64,000 nt of DNA from a virus, in the IMG/VR virus record IMGVR_UViG_3300042887_000976, positions 1-64,000 of that record; one strand, written 5' to 3'. A program made the translations under genes and the position numbers. This document shows positions 24,718 through 34,630 of this stretch, one piece after another. Under the pieces are notes generated by a model. The model made no database searches. It saw only the letters and a program-made list of their open reading frames with translations, and was not told the origin of the DNA. Within the stretch, counting starts at the first letter, position 1. Every line of letters begins with the position of its first letter.

Positions 24718-24999
24718 CTACTCATTATGGACTACTTCTTTTGTCAGGTTTTTATGAATGTCTAGTATGTGGGACCACTCTGAGTACCAACGCTTTGCGT
24801 TGGCTTCCTCCCTTTTGGCTTCAGTACGCCAAATACCTACTTCTCTACGAGTCACATCTAGTTCAGACCTAATCAGTTCTATTTCTGAGATTAAAGACTC
24901 AATGTGCTTTTTGTGCTCATCTCGCTCTGAGAGGGCTTGCACTAACTTTTCATTTAAAGATGATGCGGCGCATTCATCTACACATACTAAATTAACCAT
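24718..24999 (-). CDS. Coiled-coil hypothetical protein
   Basis: ORF track. Confidence 0.55.
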   Translation of the reverse strand: MVNLVCVDECAASSLNEKLVQALSERDEHKKHIESLISEIELIRSELDVTRREVGIWRTEAKREEANAKRWYSEWSHILDIHKNLTKEVVHNE

Positions 25000-25244
25000 T
25001 GTTTTTATTTGTCCTTAAACATTTGTCCAGTAAATGCACCACAGCAAAAGACTGCGGTTACCATAATTATGAGTGTAAAAAAATCAGCCATAGGATAGCC
25101 TTTCTAGTCGTGCAATTTCTGCTTCAAGTTCTCGTACTCTACTGCGTAGATTTACAATTTCCTCAGCAGCACGATGAACTATTTCGTTAGCAAAAAGGTC
25201 GCTGTAACCAAAACGGTCAAGAAGTTCGTCTACAAGGTCGTAAG

Positions 25245-25436
25245 TCATACACGCTCCGTAACTTGCACAGAAACAATGTGCTTTTTAAATTCACCACACC
25301 AGCCATTTATAGGAGATGTTGGAAATCCAGAATTGGTAGTAGTGGAACCAACAGGTGGATACCTACGACACTCCACCCAATCAGAACCATTAATTGGCAT
25401 TGCAAATTCGCAAATAATACATGACTTATTGCCCAT
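25245..25436 (-). CDS. Small Cys-rich protein
   Basis: C..C, ECRRYPP, FP......WCGEF. Confidence 0.7.
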   Translation of the reverse strand: MGNKSCIICEFAMPINGSDWVECRRYPPVGSTTTNSGFPTSPINGWCGEFKKHIVSVQVTERV

Positions 25437-25565
25437 AAAATGACCTTACTTTTTCTTTTAGTTTTTCGTTTTCTTCTTCTAATTTTTTACAACGTTCAAC
25501 CCAAAACTTAATAACCCTGCGTTGTTCTGTCAGTTGGTCACTAATCGGTAAATCAGGCATGTGGG

Positions 25566-25829
25566 TCATTTAAACTCACCTAAATAAAGTTTAGAGATGT
25601 TTGTAAGGTGGTCAATACCACGATTGGTGATTACCCAACCTTTTTTAGTTTCTGTAAGGAGGCCATGTCGGGTTAAAGTATTAAAAGATTCTTTAACTCT
25701 GCTGGGTTTACTAAACTTGTGGGGGAACAATGCCAGAGTCTGTTCAACACTAATTGGGCGTGTACGGTTCATACGAGCGTAGCGAAGTGCAACATGGGTG
25801 CCCCCACCATAAGTAAATTTGTCTCTCAT
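25566..25829 (-). CDS. Small winged-helix-like protein
   Basis: L...GLL......W.IT.RG pattern. Confidence 0.55.
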   Translation of the reverse strand: MRDKFTYGGGTHVALRYARMNRTRPISVEQTLALFPHKFSKPSRVKESFNTLTRHGLLTETKKGWVITNRGIDHLTNISKLYLGEFK

Positions 25830-26284
25830 GCTGAGTACCGTGCCTGCCTGCGCTCTTGAGGAGCAAGGCTAATGCGCCTGCTTAACTCACGACTAATTAC
25901 CTGAGCACCACGTTCACAACGTTCAAAAACAGACTCAACTAGTTTACGGTAAGCACGCTTTTCTGAGTACAATTGCTGGGCTTCAATAACCTCAGGTTTT
26001 GTGTCTCTACGTGCTTTAGCGAGTGTGACAGTGTCACCTTTTTCTTTGTCACTCCATTGACCGATAAGAGTTTCTGCTTCAATGACCTTTAAATCATTTG
26101 CAGCACGCTCTTCATCAATCTCAGCCAAAACCATATCGGCTTTAGCAAATGAAACCCAGGCCATAAAAAGAGTATAAAACTCCATAAGTTGGTTGTCTGG
26201 AAGTTCATCTAGGTACAATGGAATATCAGGAACGCTACCTTCAGGGCGGTCAGGTAACGAAAACTTCTTAAGGAAGTCTCCCAT
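25826..26284 (-). CDS. Helical hypothetical protein (possible recombination mediator)
   Basis: Coiled-coil ending SRELSRR; next to the exonuclease and RecA. Confidence 0.6.
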   Translation of the reverse strand: MGDFLKKFSLPDRPEGSVPDIPLYLDELPDNQLMEFYTLFMAWVSFAKADMVLAEIDEERAANDLKVIEAETLIGQWSDKEKGDTVTLAKARRDTKPEVIEAQQLYSEKRAYRKLVESVFERCERGAQVISRELSRRISLAPQERRQARYSA

Positions 26285-26294
26285 GATGGAATGC

Positions 26295-27089
26295 TTAGGA
26301 GTCAGCGGATTGTTCAATGTAGTCTTCCTTCCAACAAACTTTTGAATAAGGGCAATATTTGCAAATGCGACTTGATGAATCTTCTGCAAGAGTCGGTCGC
26401 ATTGGTGGTATCCCAGAATCTAGCGCCCTAATAACACTTTGACAACCTGCCAAGATGTCTTCAATCAACTCTGCTTGATACTTAACTGAAAACTCTTTTA
26501 CGTCCTGATTGGCTTTCCATTCATAAAGGAACACACCTTCATGGATACCAAGACAGTACATATACAAGTTAAGTTGACGCAGGTGTGTTGGAAAGGGTTG
26601 GCGCACCCTCTTCCACATGTCATTCTCAGATGTAGCAGATTTGAATGACTCGTAGTCTTCCATGCGGATAGTGCCAGCGCCTACGCTCTTAATCTCAAGG
26701 ATGGCACGACCTTTCTTGTCATTGATGATGCCATCAGCGTGCCCCATAAGGCGATATTCCTCATTAAGGATGGGTACTTCAACTTGTTCAAGTACACCTG
26801 CGTCTGTGAGCCACTTCTGCCACTTAGCGTGGATGGCATGGCCTTCAGCAAAGATGTTGAGTTTCTGAAATGTAAAGGTCTCACCTTGCTTTTCGTAACC
26901 CTTGATGGTGTACCAAGAAGAACGAGGGCACCAATCCTTTTTACAAATCTCCGAAGGGTGAAGATGCAAAGTATCACGAGTGCTATTGAGTTGTTCTTTA
27001 ATAAGTTCTTTTTCAACTACGGGAACAAGACGACCTTTAGAAGTAATCAAATTCTTATAGTTTTTGAGATGCCATGGTGTGTCTGTCAT
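26295..27089 (-). CDS. Cas4-like PD-(D/E)xK exonuclease
   Basis: HPSE...WCPR, G..IH, GHADG, ILEIKS, QL.LY, CKYCPY...C. Confidence 0.85.
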   Translation of the reverse strand: MTDTPWHLKNYKNLITSKGRLVPVVEKELIKEQLNSTRDTLHLHPSEICKKDWCPRSSWYTIKGYEKQGETFTFQKLNIFAEGHAIHAKWQKWLTDAGVLEQVEVPILNEEYRLMGHADGIINDKKGRAILEIKSVGAGTIRMEDYESFKSATSENDMWKRVRQPFPTHLRQLNLYMYCLGIHEGVFLYEWKANQDVKEFSVKYQAELIEDILAGCQSVIRALDSGIPPMRPTLAEDSSSRICKYCPYSKVCWKEDYIEQSADS

Positions 27090-27466
27090 TTTAGTTCCTT
27101 GTATAAACGTTCCGCTAAGTCTAAAGAGTGTGTATTGCCTGTTGTTACGTAATCATGGTAGAGGTCAAGACATCGTTTTTTGTCATCAATTTTTTTATGT
27201 TTAAAAACAATGTCCATAGGTTTGTAGTTGTGTGCAAACTTATGATGGAAGTAAACAATTAGGCCTTTACGTTTTTGCCCAACAACATTAAAAATTTGTT
27301 GTTCCTCATGAAGGTTACTCAAAGGACCTGTTATACGACCTGTTGACTTAATGTTTTCTCCATGACTACGCAGAAACTCAACAAGTTCATCAGCAGTCAT
27401 ACCGTCAGGACAACCAGACAAGATATTTAAAAGATGGTCAACCCTTTTAGTCACTCTGTTCTTCAA
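27086..27466 (-). CDS. Winged-helix-like hypothetical protein
   Basis: P.GMT..EL...LS.LH pattern. Confidence 0.6.
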   Translation of the reverse strand: MKNRVTKRVDHLLNILSGCPDGMTADELVEFLRSHGENIKSTGRITGPLSNLHEEQQIFNVVGQKRKGLIVYFHHKFAHNYKPMDIVFKHKKIDDKKRCLDLYHDYVTTGNTHSLDLAERLYKELK

Positions 27467-27782
27467 TCATCGCTAAAAAATCGTCCTCAACAAGAACCAC
27501 ATAACCACGGTTATTGAGGTCAAATTGAAGAATAGGTATGCGGTCTTCAATAATCGCACGTTGTCTTAACTCCCTTAAATCTAGTTCTTTGATTGTAATG
27601 CTTTTGGTGCCCGTTGTAAACTTGTTCTCAATAAGAAGTGTTTCAGAACGAACATCATTTTTGCGAAGCCAACCTGAGCCACTACCAGCGTTACGACTTC
27701 CTTTGTAGGCTCCCGCTGAACGCTTCTCTTGTTTTACAGACTTTTTAAGGATGGCTTTGCGGTCTTCTTTATCAAGAGCCAC
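27447..27782 (-). CDS. Small PD-(D/E)xK nuclease / resolvase-like protein
   Basis: QEKR.A....G....SGS...K.DV......IE.K.T. Confidence 0.75.
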   Translation of the reverse strand: MALDKEDRKAILKKSVKQEKRSAGAYKGSRNAGSGSGWLRKNDVRSETLLIENKFTTGTKSITIKELDLRELRQRAIIEDRIPILQFDLNNRGYVVLVEDDFLAMIEEQSD

Positions 27783-28807
27783 TAAGCGTCCAATCCAAAC
27801 TTTTCCCAAACCTCTGCTTTGATAGCAGCCTGTAGGTCAAGGTCTTCACGAATACCTGCAATGAGTGCTTCTTTACCTTGCCACTTTTGGTCATGGTACG
27901 AATAGAAAGCGCCAGCACGAGTAATGATGTCTTCAGATGCTGCAATGTTTACAATGTCTTTAATAACATCAAAGTCACCAAAGTTAAAACCTTTGCTCTG
28001 TGTAAAATAAAAATCAATAACGGCTACTTGTTGTGGCTTGTAGGTTTTGTTCTTCATAGTACGAGCCTTAATGGTTTGACCAACAGTCTCGTCTTTCTCT
28101 TTGAGCCATTCATCACGCTTAACTTCTACACGGCAGAAGTAATGAAAGTTCTTTGCTTTTCCACCTGGTGTAGTGCGATTATCGCCCCACATGACACCAA
28201 TCTTTTCACGCCACTGATTAATGATAATCCCTGTACAACCTCGGTCCTCATGGACAAGAGAACGCTTCTGTGATTTGGATGACTTACGAAAAAACTTACC
28301 AGTAAGGCGTGCTCCGAGCCCCATGGTGAATTCCTCCATTGTCTTCTCAGCCTCATCTGTTGGAACAAGTGCAGGAAGCGAGTCAATAACAATCAAGTCA
28401 ATTGCACGGTTGTCCATAACTTTCAATACGAAGTCATACACATTTTCCATGATGTTGGATTCAACTACCCACAAGCGGTCAAGGTCTACACCAATAGCCT
28501 TTGCGTATTCAGGTACATACTCTTCAGCAGCAATCCATAGGGCACAAAAATCAGGGTCTGCCGCTTGGTTAGCCGCAATGGTTTTGTATGCCAATGCAGT
28601 CTTACCTGATGATTCTTCACCAATAATTTCACTCCATTGATTGACAGGCCAACCTCCGCCAAGCATGAGGTCGTATGCCAGCACGCCTGTGGTAATACGA
28701 GGAAGTTCTTCTTGAATGCGGGAACCTTGTACAACCACCTCTTCTCCATACTTTTTATTCATAGATGAAATTAGTGCTTGTAATGTTTCGTGTGTTGCTG
28801 TTGACAT
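27782..28807 (-). CDS. recA: RecA-family recombinase
   Basis: TG....D..LGGG.P, GEESSGKT, VIDS, INQ.REKIGV..G....TPGG.A..F. Confidence 0.93.
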   Translation of the reverse strand: MSTATHETLQALISSMNKKYGEEVVVQGSRIQEELPRITTGVLAYDLMLGGGWPVNQWSEIIGEESSGKTALAYKTIAANQAADPDFCALWIAAEEYVPEYAKAIGVDLDRLWVVESNIMENVYDFVLKVMDNRAIDLIVIDSLPALVPTDEAEKTMEEFTMGLGARLTGKFFRKSSKSQKRSLVHEDRGCTGIIINQWREKIGVMWGDNRTTPGGKAKNFHYFCRVEVKRDEWLKEKDETVGQTIKARTMKNKTYKPQQVAVIDFYFTQSKGFNFGDFDVIKDIVNIAASEDIITRAGAFYSYHDQKWQGKEALIAGIREDLDLQAAIKAEVWEKFGLDA

Positions 28808-28816
28808 ATTGACTCC

Positions 28817-29191
28817 TTATGACCAGTTTGCTTCGTCACCTTGGTGGTAGATGCCATTCCAACCACATGTATAACAACGTGGAGCAGGTGCATTACCACC
28901 TACGGTGGTTCCCCCAGTTGACTTAGTACGACTAAAAACATAACCGCCACCGCAAGCAGGGCATGTCATCGTATCACGGCGAGTAGCCTCTCCGCCATTC
29001 GTAATGCCCATTCTTAGTGCTTCACTAAAAGATTCTGGTTGAGCAGTTGGTTGCTGTGAAGGACTTTGTGTAATGGGTGTTTGTGTTACAGGCTGTATGT
29101 GTGTAGGAACAGATGTAACAGGATGCGTAAATTGTTGTCGTGGTGCAGTTGGTTTTTCACCTGCAAGTTTTTTTGACCACCAGTCAGTCAT
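28817..29191 (-). CDS. Zn-ribbon hypothetical protein
   Basis: CPACG...RCYTCGW. Confidence 0.7.
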   Translation of the reverse strand: MTDWWSKKLAGEKPTAPRQQFTHPVTSVPTHIQPVTQTPITQSPSQQPTAQPESFSEALRMGITNGGEATRRDTMTCPACGGGYVFSRTKSTGGTTVGGNAPAPRCYTCGWNGIYHQGDEANWS

Positions 29192-29537
29192 AATCTTCTT
29201 CTCCATAAGGTACTACGAACGCCAGTTTTTCAGCATCCATAATTTTGTTGAGCATCGCTACTCCATAAATAGTGAGAAGGCTTTGAAAGTCTTCGCTATT
29301 TGTTTCTGGAGAAACTTTTTCAGTTTTCTTTAAAAATTGAGTAAACCACTTAGATGATTGTTCAATTTCTTTAAGAAGACCATAATGCATGAAAACTGCC
29401 CACCTTGTCAAGACATCTTTATGCTCTTCTTCTTCTACATCTGCTGAGGGGTATGCAAACCCCATATCGGCTGCAAATGTTTGACCTTCTACAGTTGACA
29501 TTCTTAGATAAAAGTTGCGTTTATCTAGACTTGTCAC
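29184..29537 (-). CDS. Hypothetical protein
   Basis: Coupled ORF. Confidence 0.65.
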   Translation of the reverse strand: MTSLDKRNFYLRMSTVEGQTFAADMGFAYPSADVEEEEHKDVLTRWAVFMHYGLLKEIEQSSKWFTQFLKKTEKVSPETNSEDFQSLLTIYGVAMLNKIMDAEKLAFVVPYGEEDYD

Positions 29538-31603
29538 CCTTTTGCCTCCGCCCAGGTACTTGCCATGTCACAGGACACACGAAGAGGAACACCTTGGATA
29601 ATAGTATTATGCCCCATTGCCTTCATAAACAATTCTTTCATTTCTACTGCCTCTTCTATTGGAGCAACTGCTATTAGTTCGTCATGAACCTGAACAAGGA
29701 CTTTTAAGTTAGTCCCCTTAAAGGCTCGGTCAATGTCAATCATAGCCTGCTTGCAAAGGTCTGCTGCTGAACCCTGAACCACCGCATTAACGGCTTGGCG
29801 CTCTGCACGGGACCTAAACTCTGAGTTGACGGAAAGGAGGTCAGGAAGCCTTCTACGCCTTCCTGTGATGGTTTCAACATAACCAAGCCTGCGTCCTTGT
29901 GCAACTACCTTCTGCTTCCATTCAGTGAGACCTGAGAATTGGCGGTAATACTCCTGAATCATATGTTGGGCTTGCTCAAAGGAGATACCAGTGGTGCGTG
30001 CCAACTTACCAGCGCCACCTCCATAAGCCGTTAGAAAGTTAACTCCCTTACCAATCTGGCGTTCCTCACTTGTTACGTCTTCTATTGACTTGCCAAAGAG
30101 TAGGGCAGCCGCACCAGTGTGAATGTCAATGTTGTTGTTAAAAACTTTAAGTAATTCTTTGTCTTGGGAAAACATTGCCATTACCCGTAGTTCAATCTGG
30201 TCATAGTCGGCAACCAACATAGTTTGACCTTCAGGAGCAACAAACAGACTGCGAATACTTGATTCACGAGGGATGTTTTGAAGGTTGGGTCCAGAAGATG
30301 ACAAGCGACCAGTGGCTGTTCGGTGAAGGTGAAATGATGGGTGTAGGCGACCCTGGTTCAACTGAGGGATAAGACCATCAACATAAGTTGATTTAAGTTT
30401 TTTAGTTTCAGCCCAACCTAAAAGCATTGTAAGAGCAGGGTGCTTGTGCTCTAAAAACTTGAGACTCTCTTCGTCTACAGATGGTTGCCCTGTAGCCGTG
30501 GTCTTGTGTGGTTTAAGGGCTAAACCACCCTCACGCTTCTTATTAAACAAAAACTGTTGTTTATGTTTTGTAGAGTCAGGATTAAAGCCAATAGGAGTGT
30601 AATCAGACAAATCTAATAAAATAGTTTGTAACTTGGTATCTAACTCTTTTCCAAGATTTACTAACTGCCTTTCATTTACAGGAATGCCGTTGTTCTCCAT
30701 ATGCATAAGAACTTCCAACACTTGTGAGTCTTGGTAAAAACAACGAAGTAACCCTTCGTGGGTACAAATCTTGGGCCATAAACGCTGGTGCAAAAGCCAT
30801 GTCCAACGAACGTCCAAGTGCACATACCTAATGGCCTTGTCGTAGGGAACAAAGTCAATGACTTTACCTAACTTGCCATCACGAGCGTAAGCATCATGCT
30901 TACCGTAATTTTTCATAATGATGTTCTCAAGAGAGTAAGACATTAAATTCTCGTCTACAAGGTGTTGCATCAACATGGTGTCGGCGTAGGGGCCAACAGG
31001 GATGTCTCCTCCGTAGTACTTGCTGATAGAACGAGCGTCAAACTTAACGTTCTGCCCAATCTTTACAAGAGAATCGTCAAAGAACAATTCTTTTAAAGCA
31101 CGAAAAACATCAGCCTTATTTAGTTGTTCAGGTGCTTCATCGTAAGTTGCAGGGATTACATACTTGGCTTTAGCCATAGACTCTTGCCCATTTTTGAGCA
31201 ACTTTCTGTAACCCTCAGGTGGGGTGGTTGTACCATCCCCTACCTGTTCTGGTGTCAAAGTGATACCACGCTTGTGACCCATGGGAATAGCCCATGATTT
31301 ACCAGCAGTGGCTAAACCAATCCAAAACACTTCATTGCGTAGAGGGTCAAGAGCCAAAGACTTTCTGTACTGTGCTTCAAAGTTTTCACGAGCACGATTA
31401 GCAATCTCAGGACTTGGATTCTTAAGAGTGGAAAGATGTTTCTTCCAATCTTGAATCATTACTTCTTCTACGTCAGGGTGGCGCTCTAAAACTCCACGGG
31501 TTTCAACGTCAAAAGCAAACATGCCAACGTTGCGAATCTCTTCAACAACGTTGGCAAGTTCGGCAAGACTTGAAATAACGTGGGGTGTTGACCCCACCGT
31601 CAT
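29534..31603 (-). CDS. polA: Family A DNA polymerase with 3'-5' exonuclease
   Basis: FDVET, N.KFD, TGRLSSSGPNLQNIP, DYDQIELR, R...K.VNF...YG, QGSAAD, QVHDE. Confidence 0.95.
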   Translation of the reverse strand: MTVGSTPHVISSLAELANVVEEIRNVGMFAFDVETRGVLERHPDVEEVMIQDWKKHLSTLKNPSPEIANRARENFEAQYRKSLALDPLRNEVFWIGLATAGKSWAIPMGHKRGITLTPEQVGDGTTTPPEGYRKLLKNGQESMAKAKYVIPATYDEAPEQLNKADVFRALKELFFDDSLVKIGQNVKFDARSISKYYGGDIPVGPYADTMLMQHLVDENLMSYSLENIIMKNYGKHDAYARDGKLGKVIDFVPYDKAIRYVHLDVRWTWLLHQRLWPKICTHEGLLRCFYQDSQVLEVLMHMENNGIPVNERQLVNLGKELDTKLQTILLDLSDYTPIGFNPDSTKHKQQFLFNKKREGGLALKPHKTTATGQPSVDEESLKFLEHKHPALTMLLGWAETKKLKSTYVDGLIPQLNQGRLHPSFHLHRTATGRLSSSGPNLQNIPRESSIRSLFVAPEGQTMLVADYDQIELRVMAMFSQDKELLKVFNNNIDIHTGAAALLFGKSIEDVTSEERQIGKGVNFLTAYGGGAGKLARTTGISFEQAQHMIQEYYRQFSGLTEWKQKVVAQGRRLGYVETITGRRRRLPDLLSVNSEFRSRAERQAVNAVVQGSAADLCKQAMIDIDRAFKGTNLKVLVQVHDELIAVAPIEEAVEMKELFMKAMGHNTIIQGVPLRVSCDMASTWAEAKG

Positions 31604-32250
31604 TAGACTTCTTCCGCTGCTATTGAAAGGAGGTCCGAACGATTCGGAATCTGAATGATGTCAGCGGTGTACGCCTTCTCCGACCAGAGTGCATGGTCTG
31701 CATCTGTGAAAGAACTGATGCCCCACTCTTCAAGGTCACGGTCACGTACCAACTGGTGAGCGGTTGCACTAGTGGCACCCTTACCAGTCTTGCTGACTGC
31801 CCAGAAATGCTTAGACAAAGGTCCAGTGCGTGGGTCGTTGTGGAAGTTCTTCAACTGGTCAATGACACGAGGTCCAACTTCGTATGAACGTAGTGCGTGG
31901 TTGCCATCGCTGGCAAGAAGTACAACGTTAAAAGCAATACGAATAGATGGACGGTTGCCTGCGTCACAAAGTGGGCACTCATCAAACTCACCGATGCAAA
32001 CGAATGATTTCTGACCTTGGCGCTCAACCCAGTGCTGTCGCCATGATGCGTATGGCTCATCGCTGAGAAACTTAATGATGATGGGCTCGTCCTCAATGCG
32101 GAGGCGAGTTGCGTAAGGGGAGTCTGCATCTTTTACAGCAGAGACACCTTCCCATCCCGAACGGATAATGCGGCGAGCAGCAGGTGCTGCGGCTGCGGGT
32201 GTTGGTGCAGAAGTTGGTACTTCTGCTTCTTCGTCAAAGTCGTGGGACAT
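31603..32250 (-). CDS. Probable ssDNA-binding protein (gp32-like)
   Basis: I.FL, QHW, C......CPLC; adjacent to the polymerase. Confidence 0.65.
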   Translation of the reverse strand: MSHDFDEEAEVPTSAPTPAAAAPAARRIIRSGWEGVSAVKDADSPYATRLRIEDEPIIIKFLSDEPYASWRQHWVERQGQKSFVCIGEFDECPLCDAGNRPSIRIAFNVVLLASDGNHALRSYEVGPRVIDQLKNFHNDPRTGPLSKHFWAVSKTGKGATSATAHQLVRDRDLEEWGISSFTDADHALWSEKAYTADIIQIPNRSDLLSIAAEEV

Positions 32251-32263
32251 TTCTTTACTTTCG

Positions 32264-32698
32264 TTATCTAGGCCAGTTTTGTTTTATGTGTTGTTTGGCA
32301 GACTCCCATTGACAATGCAGTGGGTCATCCAATTGGAATCTTTCCACAGTATCAATGATAAAGTCAAGTTGCCTCAGACTATAAAGTCTGTGTCCTTTAG
32401 GTTCCGTACCTGGCAGTTGGGAACCTTCGGGAGGTGGTGTGCGGAAGTTAGCCTTTGGCAAGATGCCTCGGTACTCCCACATACGGATGGTATTGGCTTT
32501 GCGACCTAACGCTTTACCAAATTCTCCAACCGTAAAAAACTGTTGGGCTTCACCGTTAATGATGAAGACCTTAGATTTTGCCCCATTGTATCGGTCAAAG
32601 CCGTGGGTCGCAACCTTCTTTTCAACAAGTTTATTTTTAGGTGGTGTCTTTCCAGGAAAATCAGGAAGGTCACCAAATAAATCAAGAGGGTCTCTCAT
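32264..32698 (-). CDS. MerR-like HTH DNA-binding protein
   Basis: FTVGE..KALGR...TIR.WE..G.LP...R.YS..Q. Confidence 0.8.
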   Translation of the reverse strand: MRDPLDLFGDLPDFPGKTPPKNKLVEKKVATHGFDRYNGAKSKVFIINGEAQQFFTVGEFGKALGRKANTIRMWEYRGILPKANFRTPPPEGSQLPGTEPKGHRLYSLRQLDFIIDTVERFQLDDPLHCQWESAKQHIKQNWPR

Positions 32699-33084
32699 GC
32701 TTTGAAAGCCCAAGTTTCTTTCTCAATGTAAAACGCTTGGATAGTTTCTGCAACGTCATCGTTTTCCCAAGCAAGAGCAAGTAGTTTATCTTCGTCAAGC
32801 AGTTCTACGACACGCTTAAGGTCATCCCAGCGCCCTGTTTCGTGAGCCCAGTTATCTGCGGCACCTTCATCAAAAGAACGGCTTACACGGCGTTCGTACT
32901 TCAATTCAAGTGAGCCAACCTTGAGCCACTTGTGACCTTTGTCGTCTTCAAAACCTTGGTCTTTGATTGCTTCAATAAGTTCAGCCTTCATGTCGTTCTG
33001 ACGCTTTGTCAGCATGTCAAGGGCTTCTTTGGATTTCTTAAATTCTTGTGCAAGTCGTTCGTAATAGTCAATTGTTTTTTCCAT
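32695..33084 (-). CDS. Hypothetical phage protein (coiled-coil N-terminus)
   Basis: ORF track; coupled. Confidence 0.7.
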   Translation of the reverse strand: MEKTIDYYERLAQEFKKSKEALDMLTKRQNDMKAELIEAIKDQGFEDDKGHKWLKVGSLELKYERRVSRSFDEGAADNWAHETGRWDDLKRVVELLDEDKLLALAWENDDVAETIQAFYIEKETWAFKA

Positions 33085-33085
33085 G

Positions 33086-34630
33086 TTACACCTCTGAGTT
33101 AGCCATAAACTCTGTTAATGAGCCTACGTTTAGTTCAAACTTACCATGGCTGTCGTACCCTTTGTCAATAAACGCACCATTAATTCCACGTTTTTGTTGA
33201 AGCATTTCGTACTGCCTTTCTTCAATAGAGCCTTTCATTACGAATGAAGTAATTGTAACGTGGGGGTGTATTGAAGATAAACGGATAATACGGGCATCCC
33301 GTTGGTCTAGTTTTCCAGCAGACCATGGGAGGTCGTAGGAAATGAGGTAGTTGGCGTTCGGTAAGTCCACGCCATACCCACCTGCGTCTGACGATAAAAA
33401 AAGACGGACATTTGGGTCAGTTGCAAACTTCTGTTTAGCAATGTCCCGTTCTTCAGCAGACATTCCTCCCATGAATAAAACGCTTTCAGAAACTTTCTGC
33501 GTTGCTTCCTGGATAATCCGTAAGTTCTTTTTAAAGAATGAGAATAAAACAACCTTATTATTCGGGTCTTCATCTAATACATCCTTAATGTATTCAAGTA
33601 CTGCGTCTAGTTTAGGACTAGTTGCTGATTTAGTCAACCAACCGTGTGCAACCACATGGCTGGCGTACTCACTACCATCAGATGTATTGGGGTCAAGGTA
33701 CTTTTCTGCGGATTCAAAAACAAGTTGTGGGTTGTCACAAAGCATACGAAGAACTGTAAGTCGGGACATAATCTGACCTTGGGCTTCTCCTCCTGCGCCA
33801 GTGTTGTAGTGAGCCCACAAGTCAAAACCTTTACCGTATTGGTTAACCGCCGATTGAAGTTCCTGGAGAAGGTCAGCCGCAATCATGCGGTATGCCTTAC
33901 CACCTGAGTTATCAAATTGAACTGGAATAACTTGGTTAATAACCTTAGGAAGTTGGTCTTGGATGTCTTCACGGGTACGGCGAACCATTACGTCACCAAT
34001 CGTTTTGTTTAGTTGTTGTAAGTTTCTGTAACGCACGGGTTTGCCGTAACTGTCACGCACAATAAAGGTGTTATCAAAGATGTCAAACCGACCAAGAACA
34101 TTAGGGTTTACAAACTGCATGATAGAAAACAGTTCTTCAGGACGATTTTCAATAGGCTGGCCTGTCAATGCAAAACGATAATGGCAAGTCTTACCAAGCC
34201 GTTTAAGTAACTTAGAACGTTTAGCACTAAACGATTTAATGATAGTGGCTTCATCAATAACCATTGCATCAAAGGCTGCTTTTTTAAACAATGGTTCATC
34301 GTGGATAAGCATCTCAGGATTAATGATTGTGTATTGAGCAGAACGAGATAAACGCCAAAGGGCTTCACGTTCTTTGGGGGTGCCATCAATAACTACTGCA
34401 CGAGATGTGGTGAACTTTTTGATTTCACGGAGCCATTGGTATTTTAAAGAAGAGGGAACAACGACAATGACACGGTCAATATCTCCAACATCTAAAAGAT
34501 GCTCAACAGCCGATAGGGTGGTTGGCGTTTTGCCTGCACCCATAACCATTGCAAGAAGGATTTGACCACGGTCAACCATCTTTTCTTGTGCTTCTTGTTG
34601 AAAAGGATAGAGAGTTCCTGTAAATGTCAT
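33086..34630 (-). CDS. SNF2-family helicase
   Basis: L.PFQ, MG.GKT, QW..EI, IDEA, LTG.PIEN..EEL, S.AGG.G..L, YDLPW, Q...RI.R. Confidence 0.92.
   Translation of the reverse strand: MTFTGTLYPFQQEAQEKMVDRGQILLAMVMGAGKTPTTLSAVEHLLDVGDIDRVIVVVPSSLKYQWLREIKKFTTSRAVVIDGTPKEREALWRLSRSAQYTIINPEMLIHDEPLFKKAAFDAMVIDEATIIKSFSAKRSKLLKRLGKTCHYRFALTGQPIENRPEELFSIMQFVNPNVLGRFDIFDNTFIVRDSYGKPVRYRNLQQLNKTIGDVMVRRTREDIQDQLPKVINQVIPVQFDNSGGKAYRMIAADLLQELQSAVNQYGKGFDLWAHYNTGAGGEAQGQIMSRLTVLRMLCDNPQLVFESAEKYLDPNTSDGSEYASHVVAHGWLTKSATSPKLDAVLEYIKDVLDEDPNNKVVLFSFFKKNLRIIQEATQKVSESVLFMGGMSAEERDIAKQKFATDPNVRLFLSSDAGGYGVDLPNANYLISYDLPWSAGKLDQRDARIIRLSSIHPHVTITSFVMKGSIEERQYEMLQQKRGINGAFIDKGYDSHGKFELNVGSLTEFMANSEV

Noticed and set aside
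26295-27089. Cas4-like gene as evidence of CRISPR-Cas
   Set aside because: Solo Cas4-like exonucleases are common in phage recombination modules; it lies near RecA
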